A DNA stretch of 63,346 nt from Octopus bimaculoides (lineage: Eukaryota), in contig NC_069000.1 of the NCBI RefSeq assembly GCF_001194135.2, positions 18,358,531 to 18,421,876 of the forward strand, given 5' to 3'. Position numbers and translations under genes: made by a program. A model generated the notes under the pieces. That model did no database searches and was not told where the DNA came from. It saw nothing but the letters and a program-made list of their open reading frames with translations. Positions 12,594 to 25,494 of this stretch are shown one piece after another. Each line of letters starts with the position of its first letter. Position 1 is the first letter of the stretch.

Positions 12594-13045
12594 GTAAGTA
12601 ACTCCATGTCAACTGTTTCATGCTGTATTAAAAATAGTGACAGGCTATTACACTTGATCTATGACTGTTAAAATATGTCTATGCATCACTGTACCTAACA
12701 ATGTTATATGACTGAGTATATAAATATGGCATCAACTTTGTGATAGAAATGTTTGAAACAAGGACCACTGTCAAAGCATTTCCATCGGAACCACAAGATC
12801 ATAGGTCTTCTAGATAAAAGTTTTCTGTTATATTGGGGTGACCCTAGCAATAAACCTATTTGAAATAGTGTTGCTTGAAGAGAAGCTGTCGAAATCCCAA
12901 GTTCGTTGGAGCTTTTCTAGTCAACATTGATCTAATACAAGTCCAACTCCTGTCCCTCTTCTGGCTAAGCCATATTAAAAAGAAGAAGAAAAATGTTCTA
13001 TTAAATAGTAATCTATTGTTTTTCATTTCCATCTTATTCTTGCAG

Positions 13046-13122
13046 GGAGCTGGACCGTCAAGCAAAACTTGTCATTCAAATGGATGGACAACAGACATCT
13101 ATAGTTAATCCAGACAACACAG
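13046..13122 (+). CDS. KIF28: KIF28-like exon 3 (ELDRQAKLVIQMDGQQTSIVNPDNT)
   Basis: ttattcttgcAG acceptor and GTGTGA donor. 77 nt; phases 2 and 1 match the neighbouring exons. Confidence 0.9.
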
Positions 13123-13443
13123 GTGTGAATATATTTCGTTTTCTTTAATATTAGTTTGTTTTTGATTCAACAAAACGCCTTCTATTTTTTTTATCTTTCA
13201 CTTGTTTCAGTCATTGGATTGTGGCCAAGCTGGGGCACTGCCTTGGAGGTTTTTTTTTTCTTTATTAGTAAAACAGATTGATACCAGTACTTATGTTTTA
13301 AGCCTGTACTTATTTTTTTTAGCTTCTTTTTATTGAGCCACTAAGTTATAGGGACATAAAGAAAAACCAACACTTGCTGACAAGTGATGAGTGGAACACA
13401 CATAAAGACTCAAATACATAGATATATACATGCATACATACAT

Positions 13444-13493
<50 letters not shown>

Positions 13494-13924
13494 CTGGCTT
13501 CTTTCAGTTTCCGTCTACTAAATCCACTCAGATTTTGATCAGCTCAGGGCTATAATAGAAAACACTTGCTCATGGTGGGACTGAACCTGGAACCATATGC
13601 TAGGAAACAAATAATTTCTTACCACACAACCATACCTAAATATAATTTGTGGAAAAAAACCACATCATCATCATCATCATCATCATCACCAACACTTTAA
13701 CATCCACTTTTCTATGCTTCCACGGGTCACATGGAAGTTGTTGAGGAAGATTTTCTATAGATGGATGCTCTTCCTGTTGCCAACTCTCACTTGTTTCCAA
13801 GTCAGGTAACATTTCCCCATGACAAGACATGTTTTCATGGAAGATTGGAAACAAAAAACACAGGTCTCCTATTATTTGTAACAGGAGGTCTGTGTTACAC
13901 TTGGTAACACTTATTTACAAGTGT

Positions 13925-13969
<45 letters not shown>

Positions 13970-14070
13970 TGTGTGTCCCTGTTTGGATCAGTTGTGATAC
14001 TTATATTATGTAGAACCAATTATAGTCCTTACTCTCTACTCATGTATGGTTTCCTGTCTATCATTTTCAG

Positions 14071-14087
14071 GTGAAGCACCCAAATGT
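14071..14087 (+). CDS. KIF28: KIF28-like microexon 4 (GEAPKC, 17 nt)
   Basis: tcattttcAG acceptor and GTAAGT donor. Phase 1 to 0 bridges exons 3 and 5 in frame. Confidence 0.8.
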
Positions 14088-14626
14088 GTAAGTAAATCTT
14101 TTTTGTTTTTTAATTTCTAATATTTTTTTTAATTTGTTTTGGTTTTTATTTAAAGAAGACAAGGTAGAAAAAAGAATATGAACGTAGATAATCTTTTCTT
14201 TACATGTCAACAATGGAAACTATGATACATTGTGACTCAAAATGCTAGAAATTGTGGCCAAACCTTCCCCAAATCACACATTACCATTTTAAATAAATTC
14301 TAAATAAAAGACAGATAAGATAGTTGCTGCTGCAAAGCCTTTGATCATGGTTCTGTTCTATTATGTTTGACCTAGGGCTAAACAATCATTATCATCATCA
14401 TCATTTAACCTCTGTTGTCCAAGCTGGACAGAGCTGACAAGCTGGGGAGCTGTACCAGACTCCTTCTGATTTGGCATGGTTTCTACAGCTGGATGCCCTT
14501 CCTAATGCCAACCACTTTACAGAGTGTGCTAGATGCTTTTATGTGGCACTACATGGGCACTTTTATGTGACACTGCACCCATGTAGTGCCACTGTAAAAT
14601 ACGATGCAATTTTGGAGCCTTTACAT

Positions 14627-14882
14627 CAGTGTTTCTCAACTGGGATCCATATGGCCCTTGAGGGCCCATATAAGATTTTGTTGATAAAATGTATGTACAA
14701 TTAATTGGTTTTTTTTCTACAATACAAAACAAAATTTGAACAATTTTTTTTATACAATTCCTAATGATATTCAATTATTAAGATATAAAAGGATTTTTTA
14801 AACATCAAATGGTTATGAGGGCCCATCCAAGTAAAATAGGAACCAAAGGAGTCCATTGGTAAAAAATGGTTGAGAAACACTT
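14627..14882. mobile_element. hAT-like MITE
   Basis: TIR CAGTGTTTCTCAAC / GTTGAGAAACACT(T); no clear TSD. Confidence 0.65.
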
Positions 14883-15099
14883 CATGGTCTGTTATAAATA
14901 ACAACTGCATTTTCTCTAAATCACATGTTACTGTCTTAAAAAAGAAGGCAACATTGAATAGTGCTTTCCTAGACACACTTATACAAATAAATGATGAATA
15001 AACAATAAAAAGGTCATAATTTGAACACCGTTCATCATAGATCTGCTGACTATCAATTGACCTAGGGCTAAACAATGTCAATAATAATAATAGCCATAA

Positions 15100-15955
15100 C
15101 TATTCGCGTGGAACACTCCAACCAGTTACACTTTCAAGTGCTATATAGAGCCTGGGTGTTGCATGGCATATATGTAATTATAAGACAGTATTTGAACAAC
15201 CTGGTCAGAGACAATGATGGCTTGGTAGAGTCAGCAAGTGAAGGTGAGGAAAAGATCAATGGTGTCTGGAGTATCTCTGCATCAATCAAGTATTCCTGCA
15301 GGGAACTAAGATTGTTGCCATAGAGAGTTCAGAGTTATTGCTGATTCAGTATATGCACCATCAGCATCAGTATAGGATATTAGTCTAAGACACAAGAAGA
15401 GTTATGAGTGTTGAAGTCACTGAAAATGATGACATTGGAGAAGGGTGCAATGAGACAGATGTCCTTGATACAGGAAAAGGTGTGGTTGAATAGTTTTAGG
15501 TGGTTGTTGGAGTTTGGAAAGATGTAGAGCAGTGTTTCCCAATCTATTTTTCCCCAGGACCTCACTATAACTCTTCAGAAAAATGTATGCCCCATTGATG
15601 GTTGGAAAAAAGCATTTTTTAAAAAATCTTATCACAATTATTTAATACAAAACAATCTTTTATTAATTACTGAGTACAAAAAAAAATGTACAATAATGAT
15701 TAAGAAAAGAAAAATTTTCACAGTCCCACTAAAATAGAAAAGAAAAAAACATTTTGGTCCCATGCCCCACCACAATTTTCGCCAGCCCCATTGATGGGGC
15801 ATATTCTCCATATTGAGAATCACTGATGTTGAGGAAATGAATGTATTTAGGAGTGTGAGTAAAAGAGACCCCAAGCCAGAATAACTCAAAGTCATTATAT
15901 GTGATATCCAGGTGAGAGAAATGTGTGATTGGGAGAGTGCTCCTTTCAAGGTGAA
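15100..15955 (-). mobile_element. Decayed LINE APE-endonuclease fragment interrupted by a MITE
   Basis: Reverse translation includes PNSNNHLKLF...VIIFSDFNTHN (the GDFN motif) and PDTIDLFLT; contains stops and frameshifts. Confidence 0.65.
15530..15825. mobile_element. hAT MITE with 8-bp TSD
   Basis: CAGTGTTTCCCAAT...ATTGAGAATCACTG, flanked by ATGTAGAG / ATGTTGAG (7/8 match). Confidence 0.8.
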
Positions 15956-15981
15956 ATTTAAATAAAGTGTTTAATCAAGAC

Positions 15982-16257
15982 CAGTGGTTCTCAAACATTC
16001 TTTACCTATGGTTCCCTTTGATTATGATTCTGTTCTGGTGAACCCCCATAGCCATTCAACGTTTAAAAACTAATTTTATAGTTACTTCTTTCAAAATTCC
16101 TATTTTGTTTTCCACACATTTACTTTTGTAAGTTGAATTATGTAAAAGATTTGAGAAAGAAATTTAGACCCTCAATTTACTCTTTTTCTCACGTAGACCC
16201 CCCCAAAATCATTTAAGGAACCCCTGGGGTTATAAGGACCACGATTGAGAACCACTG
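15982..16257. mobile_element. hAT (Charlie-like) MITE with 8-bp TSD
   Basis: TIR CAGTGGTTCTCAA / TTGAGAACCACTG, flanked by ATCAAGAC / ATCTAGAC. NTCTAGAN is the known Charlie target preference. Confidence 0.85.
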
Positions 16258-16280
16258 ATCTAGACAGAAGAGATGCACCA

Positions 16281-16512
16281 TAGTAATCCCTCACCATATC
16301 AGAATTCACCTACCGTGCACTCAGTACATCCTGTATTATTCTGGCTAATATATGTAAATTTATATTCTGGCTAATATATGTAAATTTATATCAGGGAGTC
16401 CTCAGTATATCGTGGGTTTCTGTGGCTGATAGGCATTTATATTAGTTTAGATTTTAATTATTTCTGTGTGAGATTTTGGAATGTAACACTTGTGATAGCC
16501 AAGGGATTACTG
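16281..16512. mobile_element. Tc1/pogo (Tigger-like) MITE
   Basis: Ends AGTAATCCCT...AGGGATTACTG|TA, with an internal ~27-bp tandem duplication. A related end lies at ~40125-40208. Confidence 0.55.
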
Positions 16513-17869
16513 TATAGATAACAAAGGAGAGCTTTGTGTCTCAGAGAGGAATAGGATGTATAGTTTATATGTGAATGGATTATGGGTGAAGTTTAAAGTG
16601 GATCAGAGTCCAGAGATATTGGACAAGAGAAGAGAAAATTATTCAGCAGATTTAATGCTAATTTTTGGATATATTGGAAAGGATAGTGAGTTTCAGGTGC
16701 ACCATGTGATTAAAATGATAACAACCCATTGTCGAGAGCCTGATCTAGATGCTTGTAACTGTAAGTTCTGCTAAAGGCATTCATGGACCAGGAGGTGGTA
16801 TTAAACCAGGTAGTGTGATCCATCTGCCAACTGTAAGACATTTTATTCCACTGTCCTACCAATTCTACAACTCCATACTCCTAAAAGCAACAACAATGCT
16901 AATAAAAACAATGGTTTCAAATTTTGGCACAAGGCCAGTAATTTCAGGGTTGGGGTAAGGTCAATTACATCAACCCCAGTGCTCAACTGATACTTATCTT
17001 AGTAACCCTGAAAGGATGAAAAGCAAAGTCAACTCAGAACGTAAAGACAGACAAAATGCTGCTAAGCATTTTGCCTGGCATATTAATAGTTCTACCAGTT
17101 CATTGCCTTAATGTTAATAGAAATAATGATAGTAACAGCATAATGTTTAAACCTATAGCAAAATGTTTCCAAATATTTCTATCCCCTTCCAACTATGTAC
17201 AACTTCATTAAAGTGTAGTGTTGAACGAAGATTAATAGCAAGTGGCTTGTGTGTCAATCTGCCATTTCCAAATCCATTAAAGTGTTGGTTGTATGAGAGA
17301 AGATTAGTAGCCAGTGTCTTATATGTCAAGCCATCCATCTCCGACTCTTTTAAAGTGTTGTATTGGCAAAGGATTAATAGCAAGTGTTTTATGTGTCAAT
17401 AGTTAATTAGTTTTGATTGCAGTTTAGTCAGGTGTGACAAGTTGATGTATCATATGTTTGATCTGAAACATCAACATGGTCATTCTATTGATTACAACAG
17501 TGTCCAGTTAAAGGATGGTTTGTCTCTTTAGTCATGGTGGACAGCAGTGGTGAGTTAAGGAGATTGAAGCGCATCTGGACAGCTTACTATCCAAATTAAA
17601 TAATATTTCTGATTTTCTGTTCGTTAATCACGCAATGGCTATGTCCAATACTCTTATATCTGATACTATTGGCACTGTTGCATGACTAAAAACTGAATCT
17701 TAGAATTCAATTGTGTCGTACACTGGCAGCCATATTTTAAAATTCTTTTACTGGTTTTCCTTATAGCTGTAGTAATGTATTAATAAATTATAAATTAAGG
17801 TGAAAAAATAAAGAAAATACCCAATTTGGAAGAAAGTGTCGTTTTTAGTTTCTATAAAAACACAACTAA

Positions 17870-19250
17870 ATTCTGAAGGATTGTTTGTTGAGTGTGTATT
17901 CTTTGATGTCACCAAAGCCTTTGATAAAATTTATCACGATACCTTGTTAAAATCTGAAAAACATTCATTGGGGTTAATTATTATACCATTTTGTAGGGAT
18001 TTTCCTATAATTCTGTATCCTCATTATAGGAAAATCCTGAATGAAATGTTCTGCTATAACACAAACAAAGAAACAGCTTGAAACCCTGAACATGTTCATG
18101 ACCTAGACGTTGCTTTGTCATAGTCTTTTTATCCAAACATAACCATAGATCAGGCATAGACAAGGTTTTCCAATGAGCAGGCTGCATGAGACATGACTAA
18201 TCAGAAGGTGGGTCCCACTACTGAAAAAAATCAAGGTAATTTTTTGTTAGGCATATTTTTCAGAAAGTCTCATAGACTGCAGTTTAACTAGTGGAGGCAT
18301 GTGGCTTAGTGGCTGGGGTGTTGGACTCATGATTGTAAGATTGTGGTTTCAATTCCTGGAGCAGGCAACACATTGTGTTCTTGAGCAAAGTACTTCATTC
18401 AACATTGCTCCAATCCACTCAGCTGGCAAAAATGAGTAATCCAACAACAGACCAGCATCCCATCCAGATGGAGAATTTATATACCATGGAAACCAGGAAA
18501 CTGGTACTTATGAGTCAGTATGGCTCCAGAGGGTGACCTTTATCTTTACCAGTTTAACCATGACTGCCATAGACTGTCACCAACTCATTGAGAGCCAAGT
18601 GTTTCAGTACTGAGAATTTTTATTTTAAGAGATCTGACAATGATGTTGAGATGCTAAAAATCCCTTATTTTGTGTAGGTCAGAGTACTTTCCACAATATT
18701 GGTGACCTTACAGCCCAGGTCTTACCTGCCAACTGGAGAGATTGCAAACTGCATTTAAAAATAACCAAATAACTAATATGTCAGAAACTTGAACAAGTGA
18801 AAATGCCTCCATACTTTTTATCCCTACATTCAGGAACACTAATAAGAATGCTATATCATCATTTATATGTGGAAGGTTCTTAAAGATCTTACTCCAAATT
18901 CTAGCATACTAGAAAACACAGACGTGTGTCTTAGGACATGTCGGATTCTAAAAGCTCTACTTTAGACTCCATCAAGAACTTAATTCAACAACAGTATGAC
19001 TTATAAAGATCCACAATTATATAACTGCCACCCTGAATGTTTACAGAATTTAACCAGTTTTCCTTGAGACTTTTAAAAGATATTTTGAAACATTTCCTTC
19101 TAGCATCCCAAATCAACCATCTTAAAAAGACTACAATTGAAGCAAACCACAAAGTCATTTGTCTCGGAATTAAATATGCTAAATCTACAGAAAATCCAAT
19201 TCCAAAATTGAGCTTTTGGACTTTCACAAAGATGACAAATAACAGGAAGA
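17870..19250 (+). mobile_element. Decayed CR1/L2-type LINE reverse transcriptase 3' region
   Basis: FFDVTKAFDKIYHDTLL (RT motif) near the start and IIYMWKVLKDLTPN...RTCRI near the end. It is interrupted by a SINE at ~18294-18520. Confidence 0.65.
18294..18450 (+). mobile_element. tRNA-derived SINE with a Meta/V-like central domain (family E)
   Basis: A-box TGGCTTAGTGG, B-box-like GTTTCAATTCC, then TTGTGTTCTTGAGCAAAGTACTT...TCCACTCAGCTG. Related copies at ~24560-24880 (-) and ~49527-49640 (+). The domain name is tentative. Confidence 0.6.
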
Positions 19251-19619
19251 AATCAAAACTGAAAGGGATGCTCTAGCATGGTTTAGTTGTGATATCAGCT
19301 GGTACTTATTTTATCTACCCCCAAAAGAATGAAAGGCAAAATCAACCTTGGTGGAATTTGAACAAAGTACATAAAGCCAGTTGAAATGCTGCTAAGCATT
19401 TTTGCCAGCATACTAACAACCCTGTCAGCTTGCCACCTTAGATATAACACATATACATATCATGAATGAATCTAATAATAAGATTTTCATTGTAAGCACA
19501 CTTAAAAGAGAAACAGGCCCCTTGATGGAATATGAACCACCAATCAATCACTGTGTTATTGATTACACTACAGACAGCTTGACAATTCCTCTTTCTTATT
19601 CTTGAATCTGTTTTTTCTG

Positions 19620-19676
<57 letters not shown>

Positions 19677-21053
19677 CACTTAATTTTAAGTCCTCTATTT
19701 TTATCTCTACAAGGTAATTAGCCTAAGTAAGTGCCTGATTATCTTGTAGATATAAAAATAGCACAGCTAAAATTGAATAAGGAGAAATAAAAGAAAAAAA
19801 ATAATTATAAAATTGATTGGTCCATCCATTTTATTTTTGTGATGTAGAGGGAAACTATTTCAGACTTAGTTGCTTCATAGCAAAAATAATTATTATGAAA
19901 TAGCCTCTCTTCACTTCGCAAAAGTTTAACAAAAGAATAAATCAAATTTATATTTGCAGTAAGAAAGAATCTCATCCTTTATTCAGCATTATGCATTATG
20001 GGTTCACTAATATGTAACAATACTCACCACATATTCTGCCATGAAGGCAATAACCAGAAGGATACAATGAGTCAAGCATAGATCTTTCTTGCCTTAACCC
20101 TTTCATTTCTGTTGTTATTCTGAGATGCTCTCTGCTTCTTTCAATTACTTTAAATATAACAAAAGAATTTAGTAAAANNNNNNNNNNNNNNNNNNNNNNN
20201 NNNNNNNNNNNNNNNNNNNNNNNNNNNNNNNNNNNNNNNNNNNNNNNNNNNNNNNNNNNNNNNNNNNNNNNNNNNNNNNNNNNNNNNNNNNNNNNNNNNN
20301 NNNNNNNNNNNNNNNNNNNNNNNNNNNNNNNNNNNNNNNNNNNNNNNNNNNNNNNNNNNNNNNNNNNNNNNNNNNNNNNNNNNNNNNNNNNNNNNNNNNN
20401 NNNNNNNNNNNNNNNNNNNNNNNNNNNNNNNNNNNNNNNNNNNNNNNNNNNNNNNNNNNNNNNNNNNNNNNNNNNNNNNNNNNNNNNNNNNNNNNNNNNN
20501 NNNNNNNNNNNNNNNNNNNNNNNNNNNNNNNNNNNNNNNNNNNNNNNNNNNNNNNNNNNNNNNNNNNNNNNNNNNNNNNNNNNNNNNNNNNNNNNNNNNN
20601 NNNNNNNNNNNNNNNNNNNNNNNNNNNNNNNNNNNNNNNNNNNNNNNNNNNNNNNNNNNNNNNNNNNNNNNNNNNNNNNNNNNNNNNNNNNNNNNNNNNN
20701 NNNNNNNNNNNNNNNNNNNNNNNNNNNNNNNNNNNNNNNNNNNNNNNNNNNNNNNNNNNNNNNNNNNNNNNNNNNNNNNNNNNNNNNNNNNNNNNNNNNN
20801 NNNNNNNNNNNNNNNNNNNNNNNNNNNNNNNNNNNNNNNNNNNNNNNNNNNNNNNNNNNNNNNNNNNNNNNNNNNNNNNNNNNNNNNNNNNNNNNNNNNN
20901 NNNNNNNNNNNNNNNNNNNNNNNNNNNNNNNNNNNNNNNNNNNNNNNNNNNNNNNNNNNNNNNNNNNNNNNNNNNNNNNNNNNNNNNNNNNNNNNNNNNN
21001 NNNNNNNAAAACAAAAACATGGAAATTTCTGGAACATTATCTAATAACAACAG

Positions 21054-21076
21054 TTTTGTTTTGATTATTCTTATTG
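21054..21076 (+). CDS. KIF28: KIF28-like microexon 5 (FCFDYSY-W, 23 nt)
   Basis: caacAG|TTT TGT TTT GAT TAT TCT TAT TG|GTAAGT. Supplies the conserved kinesin-3 F.FDYSYW motif; TG plus G from exon 6 gives Trp. Confidence 0.9.
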
Positions 21077-24076
21077 GTAAGTATTTTGTTTTCTTTTTTA
21101 ATGTAATTTTACTTATTTTCTCTTCAATTTTCCTGTTCTGTTTTTTTTTTGTTTTTGTTTTTTTGTTTTTTGCTGTAGATTACCACTGGTACTATCCATA
21201 ACTTTTGGAGGGAATAATCTTGATAATCCTTTCTACTACAGGTACAACACCTGAAATTTTGTAGGGAGAGGGTAAGTTAGTTACATTAACCTCAGTGCTC
21301 AACTGGTACTTATTTAACTGACTCCAAAAGAAAGAAACATAAAGTCAACTCCAGCAGAATTTGAATGCAGAATGTAAAGTGATCTACTAAATCCTGTAAA
21401 CATTTTGTGTGGCATGGTAACAATTCTTCAAGCTTGCTGCCTTCATAATCTTGATAATTAGTTTTAACAATGAGTTTCCCAACTGTTCCACCAACAGAAC
21501 CTACATTCTTATATCATTAAGTGTTTGTGTATTCCCAAATACTTTTCCCTTTAACCGAATCCTCAGATAAATTCAACACAATACTTTGTATGACAAAACA
21601 AGCCATTTGAATGACCGATACATTCAGTTTCCATGCATCTGACTTCATTTACACAACTTGATAGAAGATACTTACCCAAGGTGTCTTGCAGTGAGATTGC
21701 ATGTAGTTTAAATCATTAGAAACTCATAAATGATTTAGATTATTTGGGTATTGTACTAACGAGTAGTATCTACACAAATGAAACAGATTAATGAGGGGTG
21801 TCTACTTATTTTTGAGATGTGTGTATATACATATGAGGTGGTATCAAAAAGATCCCAGGATAGTTTTGTAGAGGCTAACAAATGGCAGCACATGGTTGTG
21901 TGCACAGTGAGAGCTAGCAGTGACCTTCATGAAGCAATGTGCTGAATGGGAAGCATGTGGCTAAAAGTGAACTTTTTACCACACAGCCATGCCCGTTCCT
22001 ATCACTCCATTCATTATAAGAGGACATATTCTATTAAACTATCTCTGAACAATCAGAGATCTAATAAAAAAGGACCAGGGCCTAAAACTCTTACTGAGTC
22101 TTTCAGTAAGGTGACCCTTTTTAAGTCAAAGTTCACATGCAGAGGGATCAAACTCCAAACTGTTAATTGTTAACTACACTATCATTCCTATGTGCATATG
22201 TTCTGCAGTTTTATAACTGCTTCACTTTATCTCAGCAAGAAGTGGTTCTTAGATGTGAAGTGAAACAGAGAACAAACTGAAAATCAGAAATGTTGAAGGA
22301 AATGTAAGATGGAAATTTAATCAGAACAAAACAGTTATGTATCTCTGAAAACAAGTCTTTGTCTTGTTTTCTGTTGATAAGACAGTCTGTCTAGTAAAGT
22401 GATTCAAGGAGAGTGTGATATAACTTATATTCCCATATGCATAAAAACTGTAGAGAGATAGCAAGCAAAGTAGATTCAGAAATGAACATTCATTGTGCAT
22501 TAATTTCTCATGATTCAGGATTATTTTCTACCTGTAATACTGATGTTCCATCATTTTTCTGTTCCCCTCTTTCTTTCCTCCAGATTAAAAATTTTTTTTT
22601 CTTTTCTTTATTTTTTTAATTTTAAAAGTAGACATAATTACAGTTCAATATTTAATACTATTAAGGCAGTGAGCTGTAGAATTATTAGCACATCAAGCAA
22701 AATGCTTTACAGCATTTCATCTGTACTTACATTCTGAGTCCTAATTCAACCAAGATGGACTTTGCCCTTCATCCTTTTGGGGTTGATAAATTAAGTGCCA
22801 ATTGAGCACTGGGGTCTATGTAATCGACTTACTCCTCTCCCAAAATTGCTGGCCTTGTGCCAAAATATGAAACCAATATTTAATATTATCTCCGTTTACA
22901 AGCATTGTAACCAATATAGATTTCTACTGAATCCACAAAGCAAAACATTTGTAGAAAAGGTATATATTTGATTGAACTAAAGGAAAAATGAATTCTGGCT
23001 GGGTTTGCCACTCAGGAAGTAAGAACAAAATTAAACACTGGAAAATATTTAATTTATCATTTTATTGCTTTTGTCACTTTATCTCCCATTAATAACAGAT
23101 AATAGAAAACACTTTTAAATTGATTAAACACTACAATATTTAGTTTCATTTTCATCCTTCTTAGTTCATATCCCATGGGAGTCAACTTCTTCATCCTTGT
23201 GTAAACAATCGCTGCGTACATTGATAACATGCAGAAATCAATACAAGATACAAGCAGACATGGAGCTTTCAATTAAAACACATTTGTCCAACTGAAAATA
23301 CAGCCATTTACAAATGCTGTATTAAATCCATCACGAACTCTAACTGTCATGTCTAGGGCCCCAATTTCTCCACATCAAACTGTAATCATTTCCAAAGAAC
23401 ATAAAAACAATGCACGACACATCTTCACAGATTATATACTGACCATCGACATATCATCATCATCATCATCACCATCTTCATCATTTAGCATCTGTTTTCC
23501 ATGCTAGCATGGATAAGACAGTTTGACTGGGGCTGGTAAACTGGAGAGCTGCACGGGGCTTCAGTCTGTTTTTGGTTGATTTCTACAGCTAGATGCCTTT
23601 CCTAATGCCAATCACTCCGCAGAGTGTATTGAGTGCTCTTTACATGTCACCAGCACTAGCCATGACTATGATTTCACTTAGTTTGACATGTCAAGCCCCA
23701 AAATACTAAAAATGAACAACACCTGGACATGCAAAGTTTGTTATATCTAACTTCAATTCTGACAATTTCTGTCACTACATGAACAATTGCCCTCTAATTC
23801 CCAATAATATGTACAACATCCTAAAGCATTACTTCAATACTATCTCTCCCACTCAACCCAGCCAAACATAAAGATGCATACAAATAAAGATATTACAGTA
23901 TCAATCATCTCATTAGCCCTAAATACTGAACTGGGATACACACTGACTATAGGTATACAGAAACTGCAGCTCTTATACTTTGATCAAATCTTTTTTTTAT
24001 TTTTTATTGGAGTAAATGCACTAAGCAGTGTTTACGTATAACGTATAATCACAATTTAGGTTAGTTGAAATATGAA

Positions 24077-24300
24077 GGCGGTGAGCTGGCAGAAGCGATA
24101 GCACGCCAGACGAAATGCTTTGCGGTATTTTGTCTGCCGCTACGTTCTGAGATCAAATTCCGCCGAGGTTGACTTAGCCTTTCATCCTTTCAGGGTCGAT
24201 TAAATAAGTACCAGTTACGCACTGGGGTCGATATAATCGACTTAATCAATTTGTCTGTCCTTGTTTGTCCCCTCTGTGTGTAGCCCCTTGTGGGCAGTAA
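24077..24300 (+). mobile_element. tRNA-derived SINE family A, best-preserved copy (about 19 copies in the window)
   Basis: Head GGCGGTGAGCTGGCAGAA and B-box-like GATCAAATTCC. Approximate other copies: 1-75, 2930-3125, 9180-9375, 16910-17110(-), 19290-19440(-), 21235-21445(-), 22665-22880, 25800-25950, 27110-27320(-), 28430-28520(-), 38450-38610(-), 38645-38875, 40195-40330, 46160-46280, 46310-46510, 50035-50250, 50648-50865, 59265-59435(-). Confidence 0.8.
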
Positions 24301-25459
24301 AGAAATATGAAATATGTTTGTCACATATTTCAACTGCTAATGGCAAATACACTGCAGTTACCATGGAGAAAAATCTCTCTTATGGTAAAACAGTGTGAAA
24401 ACACCCCGTTTGTTCAGTGTTGCCCTCTCTTTGGAGTCTGAGACATCGATGTTTCGGGTTAATTGACTCTTGTCAATGCAGTATCCTTCTTCTCATCAGA
24501 ATCCACTGGCATGCAGAATTTAACTGGACAATGGAGAAAGTACATGTCCACATGGCAACACTACACCTCATAAGATAAACCACTTTCTGCACTGTGGTTC
24601 TCAGTTACAGAGAGATATAACTGGGACTCTGTCAGTTATAAAAATGAGGGTTCCAGTTGATCCAATTGATGGAACAGCCTGCTCATGAAATTAAAATGAA
24701 AGTGGCTGAGCACTCCACAGACATGTATACTCTCAATGTAGTTCTCAGAGAAATTCATCGTGATAAGGCTTGCCCTTTGAATTATAAGTACAACTCATTT
24801 TTGCCAGTTGAGTGAACTGGAGCAATGTGAAATAAAGTATCTTGCTTGAGGACACAATGTACTGCCAGGTATTGAACTCACAATCTTCAAAATAAAAACC
24901 TTATCATTGAACATTGCCATGACAAAGTAACAACTTCTTGGTTTATTGATTGCACATTACATCCCTTTTTTTTTTTTTTCATTAAAAGCTTTTCATACGG
25001 AAGTGTAAATATTTACATTGAAAAGCTCTATTTTATTTGTCTCTGTAAGAAGACCACAACACAGGTGGTTGAACAATATCCAGGAATAAACAAATAGGAA
25101 GGTGGTAGGAAACATAAGGTTAGTCAATAACCAAGAAAAGGAGGAAAAGAAGGCAGTGCAATTTCTTATTTTGCGTTTATGGTTTGATTGATTTTCATAT
25201 GTAAAACTAGTTGACTGTAAAATGAGATTGGTTGTTCATAAACAGTAAAATTGACTAAAGTTAGTCAAATGAGATGTCTTGTCAAGTCAAACAAAGTAGT
25301 TTTAAAACTTTACTTTTAGTATGTTGTTTTGTTATTTCAAGTAATACTTTGTAAATCAAATTTGATGCTGAGTCTTGTTTGAGAAATCAATTCTTGACTG
25401 GTTTTAGTTTCTGAATTGAACGTGCTGTCATTGTCTTTTTCCACATTGACATCAAAGAA

Positions 25460-25494
<35 letters not shown>

